64,000 bases of DNA from the human T2T-CHM13v2.0 reference genome, Homo sapiens: assembly GCF_009914755.1 (NCBI RefSeq), contig NC_060935.1. One strand, given 5' to 3'. The translations under genes and the position numbers were made by a program. Below are positions 12,869 through 28,928 of the stretch, one piece after another. Under the pieces are notes generated by a model that had not been told where the DNA came from, searched no databases, and was given only the letters and a program-made list of their open reading frames with translations. Numbering within the stretch: the first letter of the stretch is position 1; each line of letters begins with the position of its first letter.

Positions 12869-12974
12869 AGAGTGTTGTTTTAAAGCACTAAGCTTGACGT
12901 AATTTCCCTTGCAGCAGTATAAAAGTAATAACAACATTCACAGACACTACCACCACTACTACTACAGCTATGAC

Positions 12975-13200
12975 TAGCAAACATTTATATTGTGCTTATT
13001 TAATGCCAGGAGCTCTTCTAAACACTTCATAAACATTAATCAATACTCACAACAACTCACAGTGAAGTTACTACTGTTTTTCCAAACAGAGATGAAGAAA
13101 TTAAGGTACCTGAGTTTGAAGTAACTTACCAAAGTGACAAAGGTAGTAAGTGGTAGAACTGGCCTTGAAAGTCAGGAAACTTGACTGCAGATGTCCTGCT
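12975..13200 (-). mobile_element. MIR SINE
   Basis: Reverse MIR core: ACAGAGATGAAGAAATTAAGG...AAGTAACTTACCAAAGTGACA. Confidence 0.75.
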
Positions 13201-15773
13201 CTAAATTACATCTTACATTAACATATTTTTACAATATTATGGCAATCACACTCATTACATTTGTCTAAGACTATTTGTATCCAGTTCTTTCTTTTTTTTT
13301 TAAAAAAAAAGTATGAACTCCCAGATGTTTGGTTGCTAACCTAAATAAATTTATTCATTCAGCAAATATTTGCACAATGATTTGATTGCTGATCTATAGA
13401 AAGCATAATGGCTCTCAGAGCATTAAGCATAAAATGTTAAACAAAATCAACACAGATTAAATTGGAGGTCTAGTAAAGGAAAGAGCAACACACAAATAAA
13501 TAAATACCACAGCATACTTTTTTTTCTGTGATTAGGTTGCTAGCTCAGTATTCAAAATCAGCTTTCTTTTATTACCTATTACCCAGTAGACTAATAGTGT
13601 TTTGGTCTTGTTATTGCTTGGGAGTTTTTTTTTTTGTATTTTAATTTTCTTTGTTGTTTTGTTTTGTGTTTGATTTGCTTGTTGTTAAACTCTGTATTTA
13701 CATGAGGAGTTAAAATATAAGATTGTAAATAAATATTTTCAAGAATATGTAACTGTGTAAATGGATAAATAAAAGAATCTTCCTTACCTCACTGGTTAGG
13801 TAATGAATATTTTTAAGTGATTTCCTCATTGAGAAGGCAAATATTTCCAGAGTACAAACAACAGTCTTCAAAATCAAAGTTATTTTGAGGTTGTCTCTTC
13901 TGAATAGCTTGTAGATATTATTGCTGAGTATACTACAGCAAAATATCATTATTTCTGCTGTAAGATTAAGTGAATACCAGATAAACTGAAATATTAATCA
14001 ATAAATAAAGATATATAACAAATTAGATAGCAAGTAATTAAATCAAATTCCAGAAAAGGACAAATCTTTACTAAATAAGCAGAGATAGTAGGCCATTATA
14101 AAATCTAGAGGGTTTGCTGTGTCTAGAAGAACAGGATGTTGGAAGAGTAAGTTTGTGCTAGGCAGGTAAACATTGCCAACCTAAGGAAAAACAGGTGAAC
14201 ATCCAATAGCCTCATGGAGACTAGTGTGGTAGACTGTATTCTAGAGGTGCCTATACCACAGAGTTAGGCTTCCCTGCACTTTCTTCCACTTTCCAATTCT
14301 TGTCCATGGGACTTCTGCTGAGTGAGAAGAGAAAAAAGAAATTGGGGTGTAGGATAAAAAGCAGAAAAATATCCTGAGTCTCAGAGGGCTTAGATCCCAA
14401 AGCCCTGCTTTAGGAAACTCCTCCAAATCACCCACAAGATATTAGATATCGGAGCAGAATTAACAATAATTAATGTTCTAATAGGTGTCTGACCCATTGC
14501 ATATCCTGAATAGAAGGAGTAACAGAACAAACCCTCACCGTAGGTGCCTGACAGTAGAAAAAAAAAGTTATTTCTGAGAGAACATTTTCTACACTAGTCT
14601 CTTTTTAATACAATATGTCAAGTATAAGTTATAAATATTGTAAGATATGAGGAGACACATGAAAATATAAACCATAATCAAACCATCATTAATTAGTAAA
14701 ATCTATAACTGGCTCATGTTGAATTTAGAAAACAAGGACTCTTAAATAACTATTAATATATGTTAAAGAATTTAAAGAAAAACATGGGGAAAAGTGAGTG
14801 GAAAGATGACATAATAAAGAAAAAAGCAATACAAATTAATCTTTAGGACTAAAAAATATAACACTTATAATAAAGAATGTACTGCATGCCATTAGCAGCA
14901 GAAATAGCAAAACAGATGTAAGGTCTAACTGAGAACAGGTTAGTGAAAAATTGTTCAGACAGCAGAGAAAAGGAAAAAAACAAAGAAAAAGAAGGCACAA
15001 GAAACATACGTGTAACTGAAATCCCAGAATAACAGAAGTGAAAGTAGGAATCACTGAAAATCTAATGGCCATGAATTTTTCAGAACTGATGAGTGATATC
15101 AACAGCTCCAAAAAAGGTCAGCAAATTGCAAACAGAATAATTACAAAGAAAACCACATCTAAGCACATAACGGTCAAAGTGCTGAAACCCAAAAACAGAC
15201 ACATTTTTTAAGTATCCAAAGACAATTACATACAAAAAAGCAATGAAAAATAAAACAGATTACTTCTCAGAAACACTAAAAGCAAGAAAGCAGTCTTTAA
15301 AATTATAATAGAAGTGTTATCTGAGAATCAATTATCAAGTAAAAATATTCTACAATATTAAGAACATGAATTCTCAAATACACCACAGTTTAACATAGGG
15401 AGAAAATTTACACAGTACCATAAAGAGGAGATGAGTTATAAATGAAAGCATATTATTGTAAATCCCTTACATTATTTATAAAGTGTAATTTACAAAAAAT
15501 TCAAAGTGAATTATTATGAATTAAAGATTTTACTTTAATCTCTACAGTGGCCATGAAAAATGCAATTTAAAAGTTATAGTGAAGTAGTCAATAGAAGGAT
15601 TAAAATATTGAAAGTACTAAATTACTTAAACAATAATACTACCTTAATCTAAAGAAAGAGAGAACAAAAAACGATAAGACACATGCTATACAAACAGCAA
15701 TTGAACAGAATTAAAAACAATAATATTAATAATTACATTATTTGTCAGGGTACTTAGCACTTTAATTAAAAGC

Positions 15774-15776
<3 letters not shown>

Positions 15777-15812
<36 letters not shown>
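15777..15812 (+). repeat. (CA)n microsatellite
   Basis: ~18 perfect AC units. Confidence 0.95.
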
Positions 15813-15814
<2 letters not shown>

Positions 15815-16421
15815 CCAAAAACACCACAAGAGCTAGTGTAATATTCTTTTTGAAGTTCAATAGATTACACACTATCTTTATAGTAATTGTATGAAAGCCG
15901 GAATGGCTATATTCATATCAAATAAATAGATGAATTTTATCATTTTATACTGATAATAGGTCAAATAATCAAGATGACACAAAATCATAAAGATGTACAC
16001 ACCTAAAAACATACGAAGATAAATCAATGGGACTGAAAGAATAAATGCTCAAATCCACAATTACTGTTGACAATTTAAAAACATATTTCAATTAAAAGTT
16101 CAGAAGATGTGTTTGTTTCTTATTACTGCTGTAACATTTACCAACCAAAAACTTACTAACTTGAAATATTTTCTTTTCTACCTGTTCTGGTGATCAGAAG
16201 TCCAAAATGAGTCTCACTGCAAAACTCAAAAGGGTGTCAGTAGGTCTGCATTTTTCTGTTTTTCTGGAGGCACTAAAGAACAAGTTCCTTGCCTTCTCTA
16301 GCAGCTGAAGTCTCACATCCCTTTGTTTCTGGCTCTCTTCCTCCATCTTCAAAGCCAGTAATGACAGATAGTTCCAACCTCCTCATCTGTCTATCTCTTG
16401 TACTTTAAAGGACCTTTCTAA

Positions 16422-17415
<994 letters not shown>

Positions 17416-18134
17416 TTAATTTCACAAATTCAACTCCCTTTTGCCAGGTGCATAACATATTTACAGGTTCTAATTATTAGGACATGAACATCTTTGGAGG
17501 ACCATTATTCTGTCTATCGCAGACTATAAACACACTTATCTTAGTCAAATTTACAAAACATCACATCCAACAATGCAGAATCCATATTTTTACAAAGGTA
17601 CAAAAATGCTTCAACAACATAGGCCATATGATGGATCACGAAGCAACTGTCTAGTAGATTTCACTGACTGAAATGGAATTAAGCTAGAATCCAATAATAT
17701 AAGAATATATAACCTTCCCCTGCCCCTGTACTTGGAAAGTAAACAATCCACTTCTAAAAAACCTGCAAATATCTTTTCATGTGTTTATTTGCTAAAAGTA
17801 TATTTTCTTTGATGAAACATCCTATCAAGCATTTGTCATTTTTAAAGTTAGGTTGTTCAGTTTCTTATTGTTGAGTAATTTTTCTAATATATTTTGAATA
17901 CAAGTTCATTTTCAGACAAGTGAGTTGAAAATGTTTTTTCTAAACGTGTGACTTGTCTTTTTCTCTCTTAATGGTGACTTTCACAGAGATAAAGGTTTTA
18001 ATTTAGAGGAATTCCAACTTTTCATTTTATTTCTCTATGGATCTTGCTCTTGGTGTCATATTGAGGAATGCTCTGCTTAACCCAAGCTTAACCCAACAAC
18101 AATTTTCTCCTGTTTTCTTGCAGTACATTTATTA

Positions 18135-18841
18135 CAGAAGTCTCCTCTTATCTGAAGTTTTGTTTTTGGAGGTTTCAGTTACCCTCACTCTGATAATAAA
18201 TGAATATCATACAATAAGATATTTTCAGAGAGAGAGAGAAAAAAAACATGCACATAACATTTATTACAGCATATTGTTATAACTGTTTTATTTTATTATT
18301 ATTGTTACCAGTCTCTGTGTTTAATTTATAGATTAAACTTTACCATAGATATGTATATAGAGAAAAAACAGTATATATAGATTTAGTTACTGTATTAGTT
18401 CATTTTCATACTGCTATAAAGAACTGCCCAAGACTGGGTAACTTATAAAGGAAAGAGGTTAAATTGATTCATATTTCTGCATTGCTGAGGAAGTCTCAGG
18501 AAACTTACAATCACGGCCGAAAGCAAAGGAGAGGAAGGTACCTTCTTCACAGAGCAGCAGGATGGAGTGAGTGCAAGCAGGGGAAACACCAGATGCTTAT
18601 AAAATCATCAGATCTTGTGAGAACTCACTCACTATCACGAGAACAGCATGGGAGAACTTCCCCCATGATCGAATTACCTCCACCTGGTCTTGCCCTTGAC
18701 ACTTGGGGATTATGGGGATTACAATTCAAGGTGAGATTTGGGTGGGGACACAGAGCTATACTATATCAAGTACTATCAGTGGCTTCAGACATCCACTGGG
18801 AGTCTTGGAATGTATCCCACACAGTTAAAAGGAGACTACCG
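18135..18841 (+). mobile_element. MER44A (TcMar-Tigger MITE) interrupted by MaLR LTR
   Basis: TA|CAGAAGTCTCCTCTTATC ... GGCTTCAGACATCCACTGGGAGTCTTGGAATGTATCCC...GACTACCG|TA; TA TSD. Confidence 0.8.
18391..18768 (-). mobile_element. THE1D/MSTA-type solo LTR
   Basis: TGTATTAGTTCATTTTC...CTATATCA; degenerate 5-bp TSD GTTAC/AGTAC. Confidence 0.88.
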
Positions 18842-21800
18842 TATTTTGCCTTTCAATAGGTTACTGAAGCTCTATTATGTTCCTAGTTTGGTGAGAGTTT
18901 TTATCATGAATATATGTTGATTTTGTCAAGTGTTTTTTCTGCATTTATTATTATATTTTTTTCTACTTTGATCTGATAATATGGCAATTATATGAAGTAA
19001 TTTTCAAATATTGAGCCACCCTTGCATTCTGGGAATAAACCTGAATTTATTGTATTATTATGCATTTTTATATATTGTTGTATTCAATTTGTTAACATTT
19101 TAATTAGGGTATTTGCATCAGTATGAGAAATACTATCTTTTAATTTTATTATAATAACTGCATATGATTTTGGTATCAACATAATATGGATTTTTGTCTC
19201 ATTAAAAAATAAAAGGGGAGTACTCTGTCTTCTACATCCTAAAAAAGATAGTCAATTTTTTTTTCGTAAGTTTTTTATAGAATTTGCCACTAAAACCATG
19301 TGAGCTTGTGGTTTCCTTTTTGGAAGATTTTAATTAAACTTCCCTTTCTGTACCTCTTTTAGAACTATTTCGATTATTTTTTCTTTAAGCAAGATATGAT
19401 ATTTTATGCCTGTAATAAAATTGATTAATTTCATTAAAATTTTTGTATTTATGGGTCTACTTTTGTTTGTGGAATTGCATTATTATTGTTTCAAAATCTG
19501 TTATTTCTGTAATGATACCACTTCTTGCATTCTGGACATGGATAACTTGTGTTTTCTTTCTTTTATTTGATTAGTTTGATAGAGCTTTATCCATTTTGTT
19601 GATCTTTTCAGAGAAAGTGCCTTTGGTTTTATTGATTTTTCTTAATAGATTTTCTGCTTTCAATTTTAGAATTTATGCTTATTTACTCACGATTTTTATT
19701 ATCTTCTTGCTTTATATTTAAATCACTGTTTTCTCACTTTTTCAGTGTAAGCTTAGGTTATAAGTGTGTTGTTTAATGTCTTATTTGGGAATTTTTCAAG
19801 ATTTTTTATCTTTTTTTTCCGATTTAACCAGATTATGGTCAAAGGACAAACATTAATTGATTTCCGTTTTTTAACATTCCTGAAAGTTGTTTTATGGCCT
19901 GTATAACATGATCAACCTTGGTAAATGTAAATGTTTCACATAAATTTGAAAGTATTTGTATTTAATTGGTCAGATGTTTTAAAATGCCAAAGAGTTAAAA
20001 GCTAGTTGCTACTATTATTCAGGTCTGTAATATCTTGATTGCTTTATGTCTACTTTTCTATCAATTGCCGAGAGAGGGGTGCTGAAGTTTTAATTATGAT
20101 TGCAAGTTTATCCAGTGTTTCTTTTAATTATATTAGCATTTGGTGTTTATAGCATTTGTATTTTATAAATGCTATATGTAGTTATTGATATAATTCAAAT
20201 TTAGGTCTACCATTTATTGTTTTCAGTTTTTCCTCCTCCTCTCCCATTCAACCTTTCCTTTCTTCCTTCAAAATATTTTAAATTTTTTACATCTCCAAAT
20301 TTAATATACTCATTAACTTTTTTGCTGTGTATTATTGTACTCTAAGGAGTATAGTATACACACCTAAATTATAGCCTTCTTAAAGTCATCATTTATAATA
20401 TCAAAGAAAATGTAACATTTTTACTGCCATATCAATTAATTTTTCCCTCTTGATTTAGCTTTAATTTTCATACATATTACTTATTACAACTTCAAGTCCA
20501 CCAGTAAATGTTATAATATTGACTTTAAACAGTCAAACATATTTTAATGAATTTAAGAGGAGAAAAACCACTTTATATGTTTAAACTTTTATATTTATGG
20601 TGATTTTTTAAAACTATTTCTACTGTTCTGTCTTCATTTATAAAATTCCACGTTTCCCACTGGCATTACTTTTGTTCAGCCTGAAGAACTTCCTTTAACA
20701 ATTATTTTAAAGCAAATCCACTGGTGACAAATTCTTTCAGTTTTTTTCATCTAAGAATGTCTATTTTTCTTTATCATTGAAGTGTATTTTCACCCAGTAT
20801 AGAATTAGGTGTTGACTTACATTTTTTCTCTAAGCATTTTGAACAGTTTGCACTGTCTTCTTTATTTTGTGATGTTATATTTATATTTATTCAAATTATC
20901 TTTGTATGTAATGTTTTGACTTCCACTAGATGCTGAAAAGTTTGCTTTTCTTTACCTTTGGTTTTCTGAGGTTTCCTTTGAGTTTATACTCTTTGGGATT
21001 TGCTAAGCTTCTGGAATATGTAATGTATGTTTTTCACTAATTTTGAGATGTTTTCAAACAATATTCCTTCAAATATTTTTGGTTTTGTTTTTGCACAGAT
21101 CTCTTTCCTGCCTTCTTCTGGAACTTAAGTGACACAAATATTAGGTATTTGATAGTATTCTACAAGTATGGTTGGCACTGTTTAATGAATATCAATGTAT
21201 TATTTTCCCTCTGTTCCTCAGTTCTATATTGAAGTTTTATGTGATAATTGAAACATCTTGGTCACCAGAAGTTGACTTTATTTAAGAAAATTTTATTTAA
21301 TTAATTGATTAAATGTTTTTAACTTACCAGATATTCTTGCTTTTTATATGTCAAGTACTATTGTATTGCATCCTTGAAATACAAAACATCTTGGGAAAAT
21401 CTCTGTTCTGTTAAAATTCCTTAGAGGATGTTAATTTGCTCATTTTATCAGAAAATTAACTCAGGTGTGAACTGATATTTGTGTGGGCAGTGATTCCAAT
21501 GTTAGTTTAAGTTTCAAAAATGTTTCCAGGCTATTTGGGTTCATCATGAGCATGGGCCACTCCAAAGTTAAGAGACATGAGTGATGCTTTATGTCATAGT
21601 TCTCTTCTCACAGCCTTTGCATGATGTGTGCTCTACTTCCTTGGATCTCTTTCATGTATGTATGCACAGCTTATTGATTAACCTAGTCCTTGTGTTAGAT
21701 CTACACAATGTTACTAAAATTTCTTCAGCAGCTTTCTTTAATCAGGGTTTTCCCCCCACACTCTCCAGGGTCCAGAGACTCATTTTTCTGGTTGATAAAT

Positions 21801-21945
21801 TTTTTAAAAATCATTTTTAGTGCCTGGGAGATAAAAGATCAAAAGCAAATAAAACAAGGTGTTTCCTCATACTATGCAGCTGTTAGGGGCTCTTTTCTTA
21901 GTCTTCTAGTCAGAGCTAGAAGATTTTTCTTAGAAGGTTTTTTCT

Positions 21946-21948
21946 GTT

Positions 21949-21979
<31 letters not shown>

Positions 21980-21981
21980 TG
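21946..21981 (+). repeat. (TG)n microsatellite, interrupted
   Basis: Direct. Confidence 0.9.
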
Positions 21982-24900
21982 TCTGTACCTAGTTTCTAGT
22001 TCTATAAGTTGGGCCAACATTGGAACAATGTCAAAATATAAATGAGAAAAAAAGCAAATGAAGAGGAAAGTCCCCATAGTACAGTGTGTTCTTCAAATTT
22101 TGATTTCTCTCCCAAATCTACCCACTGTTCTTTACTTTTCATTGTTCTCCTGATGTTGCTTTTGAATGTTGTCCAGATTTTTTACGTGAAATTAGTGGGA
22201 GTGATAGGTTTATAGTGATTCTATTCCATCGTGGCTGGTGTTGAAATAATACCCTAGGTTTTTAATTCTAGTAACTGCATTACCAAAAAATGCCAGGAAT
22301 TCAGTCTAGGTCCCATTTTTTGCCAGACAGAAAGTCATTTACTGAGATGAGTATTGAAAGGGTAGAAGGCTTTAATCAGGTTCTGCAGCCTGTAAGTAGG
22401 GAGAACAGTCTCAAATTCATCTCCTCAACTGGCTAAAATTAGGAGCTTATATAGCAGGGAAGAAACATAACTACATTAAAGAAAACAGCAGTTAGGGAGG
22501 AATAAGTAAGAGGAGTTGGTCAACAGGAAGCAGGTGGTCAGCTAGGCAATCATGACTGGTGAGGGGTCTGACATCTCATTGTCCAAATGCACTGATATGA
22601 CGAGTTTCAGTTCCTTGATATTATCTGGGAGTCCTGATGGTTGCTATCCTGAGAAAGAAACTCAGATAAGACAAATATAACTTTCTCAAGGTTCAAGGCT
22701 GGGAGGGTCAGTTTCTATGTTTATTCAAAAGAAACCATAAACATGAGTTCTAAGGGACAATTAGGCCAGTTTCAGTCCTCCTTTCTATTTATCAATTCTT
22801 CAATCATGGGGAATCTGGTAGTTGATCTTTCTGGCTGCTCCATGATGAGGAAGGGCATTGTGGCCACTCCATACCATGGGTGACCATATGGCCACCCAAG
22901 AATGAAAGGTTAATCTAATACTATTTTTTTTCTGAAATACAATATTTCTCTCTCCAGTCCTCCAATTCCACCAAAGACAAATCACAGCAGGGCCAAACTA
23001 CCTGAAAAATAAGCTTCAGTCCCACCATACTTGGCCTGATTATCCACGCAAAGTGCAGAATGAATCATTGTTCATATAGGCTCCTCTAAATTGGCTTTGC
23101 AGAAATCTCTTATGGTAATCCCATACTTGACCTCCAAAGGCCTCTCAAGCCCAGCCAAGGATCCATCTGCACCTGCAGTTACTTACATGAATTGGGAGAA
23201 CCTTTTGTTTCTTGAGGCCCCAAAACAAATTGAGGATCTTAGGCCTGTCAGAAAGTGACTCTCTCTATTTACCACAGGACAGGAACTCTCTAAAGGCACA
23301 GCATAGATAAGGTACAAAGCCAACCCTTCCAAAAGGCTCCCATTGGCTCTATAAAGTCAATTTCAATTTTTTAGAGCAATCTGCTTATATCCAAAAACAT
23401 GCTATTCCAGTCAAATCCATGATAAAATAATCAGTGCTTCCAATTGTACCCCATTATTAAAAGAAAGGACTCTTATCAAACTTATGCAAAAAACCACATT
23501 GTCATGAATTAAGAATATTCATAAATAGTTATGAATTCTGTAGAAATCAGGCAGAGATAGAGAAATATGCCTAAAATTCTGTTTATAAGGGTATACTTTA
23601 CTCAATAGTTAAAGGCTATGAATAATTCAAAAGAAAATTGTTCTTCAGACCCTGAAAAATAAAGCAAAAAGAATCAGCAATATTTCAATCTATGCAATCA
23701 ACTCTGGCTCTGCTTCGTATTGAGTTAGCTATCATTATGAACACATTAGCCTTTTAATTGTAGTCTTGGAAGTTTTCTCTCTAGTCCAATGGCACAATCT
23801 CCTAAGTTATCAGAAACTTGCATTCAAGAGTCCTTCAATGAACTCCCTCAAAGAAGCAAGCCCTTGATTATAGCTGATTATAAGCCATTTTTTGGGAAGA
23901 ATTAAACAAATTTTTAAAAAGAGACTAATTGTGGATGACAAAAGTATTAGGACAGCCATAGTTAAAGACATAGTTGACAAGGAAATTTGGTTGTTTCTGT
24001 GGCATACCACAATTTAATAATAATCAATCATTACTGCCAAGATATATTAAGACATACAAGAATTTCAGGAATCTCAGACAATCTTGGAACACATATTAAT
24101 AACACATCTATATAAATATAATTCAAAGAAAGTTAAACAACACCTCATACTTAACAACGTTTCCTGTATAATTCTAATATGCAATATAATCCAAATGCAT
24201 CTCTCTTGGACTCAGGGGCGCCAACATCCAGAACAAAGTTTGCAGTCAAAAATACTGAATTTAAAACTTGAAATTTTGCTTTCAGAAAGTTTGTCAAAAA
24301 TCAGAGGTTTACAAACTCTATGTCACAAAATCAGATCACAGGTCACTATAAAATAGTCATTTATTGAGACAAAATGATAAAACGAAAGCATTTACACTTG
24401 GATAGAGAAGAGATTTAGTTTCCCAAACATTAAAACCTAATAAAGACAGCATGAGGCCAACTAAATCTGTCACTCCCTTCTCCTTTTTTTCTGCAGTTTA
24501 CTCAAAAGATAAAAATGTTTTATTATCTCCTTAATATTGCACAAAATGTTGTTCAAAACAGAAAAAACAAATTTTACTTTGTAAGGTATGTTATTAATGT
24601 TAAAGCTATTTTTAATAAACGTATAAGTAAATCTATCTAATTTTAATCAGTTTTACCATAAGGTAAGATTTCTATAAATCTTTAATAATCTTTTACAATT
24701 TTCTATTAAAAAGAAGATCCGTGCTCCAAAAAACCTGGTTATTCTGACACAGGGCTCCACATAATGGCCTTGCATCTGTGTGTTTTTGATATTAAGTTTA
24801 ATTTATAGAAAAATTCTGAACTAATTTTATTCCTCAGAATTAGCCCTTACAATCTCACATGTTCACCTCTTCTGTGATAGTCTCTGGGCCCAGAGGAATT

Positions 24901-25700
24901 AAATAGTTTTTATTTTTGGACCTGTGTCTCACAAAAGCAGTTGATTTTGATTGTCACCTTCTTCCACATCTGAAGTTGAGGCTTTGGTGTCAGTGTTTTA
25001 AGATATAGCAGAAGTTGGATCTTTTTTTGGATACAGAAGTCAAAGTGCTGTAACTTAACAGCATTTCAGGTGCAGTTAATAAGATATTTACATTGCCGAA
25101 AGTCCTACCATTCTCTCTAACACATCATAAATTAAAACACTGTGATTCGGTGTTTAGTAGTTACTGACTGTAGCTCTTCAAACCATTTTATTACAGTGGT
25201 TAGGTTATGCTTTGTGTATGTCTAATTGCTAGAATTCCAGTAACAGAACTGTGACCAAAAGCATAAAAACTGTGATAGGTCATATGGCAAACTTATCAAA
25301 GTAAGACAATGAACTTTTCTGCTTATCAAAAAAAAAGGTAAATGCAAATATCAATTTTGGAAATTCAGTATAAGTATAAATAATCTCCTTACATTTAAAT
25401 GCTATGCAACAAAACAAACACAACATAAGAACAACCACACAATAATTTCTTGCCAACTATTTTAAAAGACTATTAACACATGTTTCCAAGATTGGTTTCT
25501 AGATACAGTACTGATAACTGATTTGGTAACTTTCACCACTGCATTCTTCAAACCAGCGCAACAACTGTATATATTTTATTTTCAATTGCACACATGAAGG
25601 CCCAACAGTGATTTTAAAATCACTAAAAAATTTAACTTTTTGTATTCCTATCCAAGTGAATGTCACTTAATTTTAATAATGGTAAACACAACTAAAATAA

Positions 25701-26067
<367 letters not shown>

Positions 26068-26606
26068 AATTTAATTTTCTTAAGGACAATTATAATATTT
26101 TCTGAATATTAAACGTATGCATATCAAGTATTTCCTAATTACCTAAAGGAAAAGATCTGAAACCAATTCAAATTATTGAATGTACTGAATTATCTTGGAA
26201 ATAAAAGTTATTTTAACATTTCTTCTCCCCTCCACTTTTCCAAATAACAAAATAAATAATATATCATTTTTGTTTAGACTTTTAAAAATAAGTATTTTTA
26301 TTTTTGGCCAGGAAACTGAAGCTCTTATATCTCTCTAAATCCTCAGAGGTAAACAAAACCATTCAATTTTATTTATTTTTTAAATTGCTAGTGTGCTCTT
26401 CATTTTGTGGAGGCTTGACAAAGATAGCTTAGGAATTTTATGCAAATAGAGGAAATTATGAACTGTTGGAAATGCATAAGAAACAAAATGACTATTCATA
26501 GAAGCAAACATAAACCTTCCATTAGAAACTAAAATACATCAATGATTTTATATATGTATATATAAATAAAACGCGAAGTAAACAGCAAATAAATAAATAA
26601 ATAATT

Positions 26607-27294
26607 CCTTGAGATGCCAGGAACCACAGATCCCCAAAGAGGGTGTCACACCCCTGACTTGGGGAGCCCATAGGTCTGGGCTCCCTGAAGGGCCACAGCT
26701 CTTCTCTCCTCGTCACCTACAATATGGCAAGTGAGGCTCGTGTTTCAGCCCTGTTTGTGTCAAAGCTCTTTCAGTCCCGCCATTAGGTGGGTCCCGAGTT
26801 TTTGTCCTGTGTCCGGAAAGAATGAGATACATGGATAACTGGAGGGAGAGCAAGGCGGAGAGAAGCTTACATTGAGGGATAGAAGAGCTCTAAGGAGAAC
26901 CGAAGTGGGTGGCTCCTTTCCACAGGCAGGTCATCCCTACGTCTGTGTGAGTCTGACTGAGTCCAGGGTTTCTACGGGCTCGGAAGGAGGAGTAAGTACA
27001 CACCAATTGGTCCATGGGTAGCCAAGGGTGGGCCTGGAAAAAGCACCATATATTCTCACTCCAGGCCACGGACTCTACCCAGAACTGGCAGCCCAGCCAC
27101 CCAAGCTTCAAGCTATCCCTGGCTTGAAGGTGGTGTTGCACCAGGGACCCTCCCTTTTGCATCCAGGAACCTGTCTGCCTCCGGCTGCCATTAACATGTC
27201 ATCCACAGCGCCCAGGTGCAACCCTGACCATGCCTCCCCTGCTGGAGCCAGTGTCTTTGTAACGGCCTCTCTAGACAGGCTTCCGCTGCCATCA
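26607..27294 (-). mobile_element. MER52-type ERV1 LTR fragment inside the LOR1 internal region
   Basis: GC-richer block ending CCGCTGCCATCA (reverse of TGATGGCAGCGG), with CCAATTGGTCCATGGG...GGGCCTGGAAAAAGCACC motif. Confidence 0.7.
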
Positions 27295-28910
27295 GCAGGA
27301 AATCCTGAACTGTCTATCACATGTTAGCATTTTATAGATGAGAATATTCCACAATTTTTAAAAACATGATTACCCATATCACAATCCCTTGTTTATTGCA
27401 AATGACCCAGACATCAAAGAACCATCAAAAATCATTTTAAGATTTTAAATTTAAATGAAAATTTAAATTTAAACAGAAAGTTCACCCACAAGCATGTATT
27501 CCATTTGTACGTACTCAATTCTTTTTCGTTTACAGTTTATCTAGATTACTTCTGAAAAATTGAGATATTAGACAAAGTTAGCCATCATTTCAAGTAATTG
27601 CTTTGTTAACCATTTTTATTTATAGCTTGTAAACATCAGGTGTTCACCTAAGTAAGAAACTGAAAGTTAAATGCATGGGTATTTTTGCCAATAACTCAGA
27701 AGATTTGGTTGTTTTTATTAAGCTAACAACATTAAATTAGTCTTATTTGTCACATAAACAAAGATAATTTTGTTTTGGCTGGGTTTATAGTTTGCTAACC
27801 TCCTATGCCAAACCCTTACATCTCAAAATACCTATCAGAGATAAAAATAAAACCCAGACAAAAATGTATACTGACATTGCTGAAGATATTTCTATTTTTA
27901 TCTTACCTATAATTTTGAAGCTAGCTTGTTTATTAAAGATGTACTTAAGTCACACGAAATTGAAAATTGCTTTAACTTATTTACTTAATTTACCAGTGCT
28001 CTTTTACTTATAAGCCAATTTTGTAGGCATAACATATAATAAATGTACCTGCATATAAACACATCTAAACATGTATATAAACTCATAAACAATAGCTTTT
28101 ACCTTGGAACTCTAGCCACGTGACAGCAGTACAAGCTCCCCAGCCTATGAACATGTTCTCAAAGCTAAACCTCGTTTACCTCATTACCCCAATAGATAAT
28201 CCAATTGAGTCTATGAACCAAAATTTTGGGTAAAGCAGTTTCCATGACAGTTTTATTTTTAAAAGCGAAACTTCTCCAAACTCCAAAGAACACTGGATCC
28301 AAACAGCACCACAGAACAGCCTGTACTAACCAGGCCAAACCCTGCTTAGAACATAGCATAAAAACCTGAATACACTGAACTCCATCACAGTGTCTCATTC
28401 AATAGCAAAATGAGGCCTATGGAGAGGCCAAACTTCTCTAGATTCCAAAGAACATTCATGTCAAACAGTATTAGAAAAGAATATTCATTTATTGAATTGT
28501 AACTTCCTATGACTGTATTGACACATACCCAATCCCCAAAGCACAATCCAACTGCTGTAGTAAATAGGCCCCAAGGATGTCCAAACTGAAACAGTCAGGG
28601 CACTTTCTTCTCTTGATCAACTGGGCTTGTTCAATTTGCATATAAAAATTCCTTCAGAATTATTCAAATTGAGAGAAACAGAACCTGCTTTCTGGTACCC
28701 ACAAATGATACTCACCGTTCTAGTCATGTACATTAAATATAAAAGGCTGTTCTTCCTACCCGATCAGGAATATATTTGGTGGCTGCAGTGATGGAGCCAA
28801 AGAGAGAGAGAGGCTGAAACCCACATCTGGCCAAAAAAGGGTTAGGCAAACTGCTTAGGACGACTTTAGAAACTCTCCTGGCCCATAGCAGCTAAGCCCT
28901 GAGTAAGGTG

Positions 28911-28928
28911 CTCCCAATCAGGGAACTA
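28911..28928 (-). promoter_or_regulatory. Primer-binding site, tRNA-Glu-like (degenerate)
   Basis: Minus strand TAGTTCCCTGATTGGGAG versus TGGTTCCCTGACCGGGAA, next to the 5' LTR. Confidence 0.7.

Larger units (their letters stand above)
9125..12935 (+). mobile_element. MLT1(E-like) MaLR solo LTR split into three pieces (9125-9305, 9820-10167, 12869-12935) by two L1 insertions
   Basis: Starts TGTAGCAGACATAATTCTAAGGTGGCCCC; internal CCCAGCCTGGACAATACCTTGATTTTGGCC; ends GTGTTGTTTTAAAGCACTAAG...GCAGCAGTATAAAAGTAATA. Confidence 0.75.
17767..21250 (-). mobile_element. Ancient L1M fragments (antisense), interrupted by MER44A
   Basis: T-rich degenerate L1 ORF2-like sequence, e.g. CCACCCTTGCATTCTGGGAATAAACC. 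Confidence 0.6.

Noticed and set aside
13291-13311. T10-A9 quasi-palindrome
   Set aside because: Expected by chance in AT-rich DNA.
26890-27327. ORFs inside the ERV internal region
   Set aside because: Within a MER52 LTR fragment; no gag/pol/env motifs.
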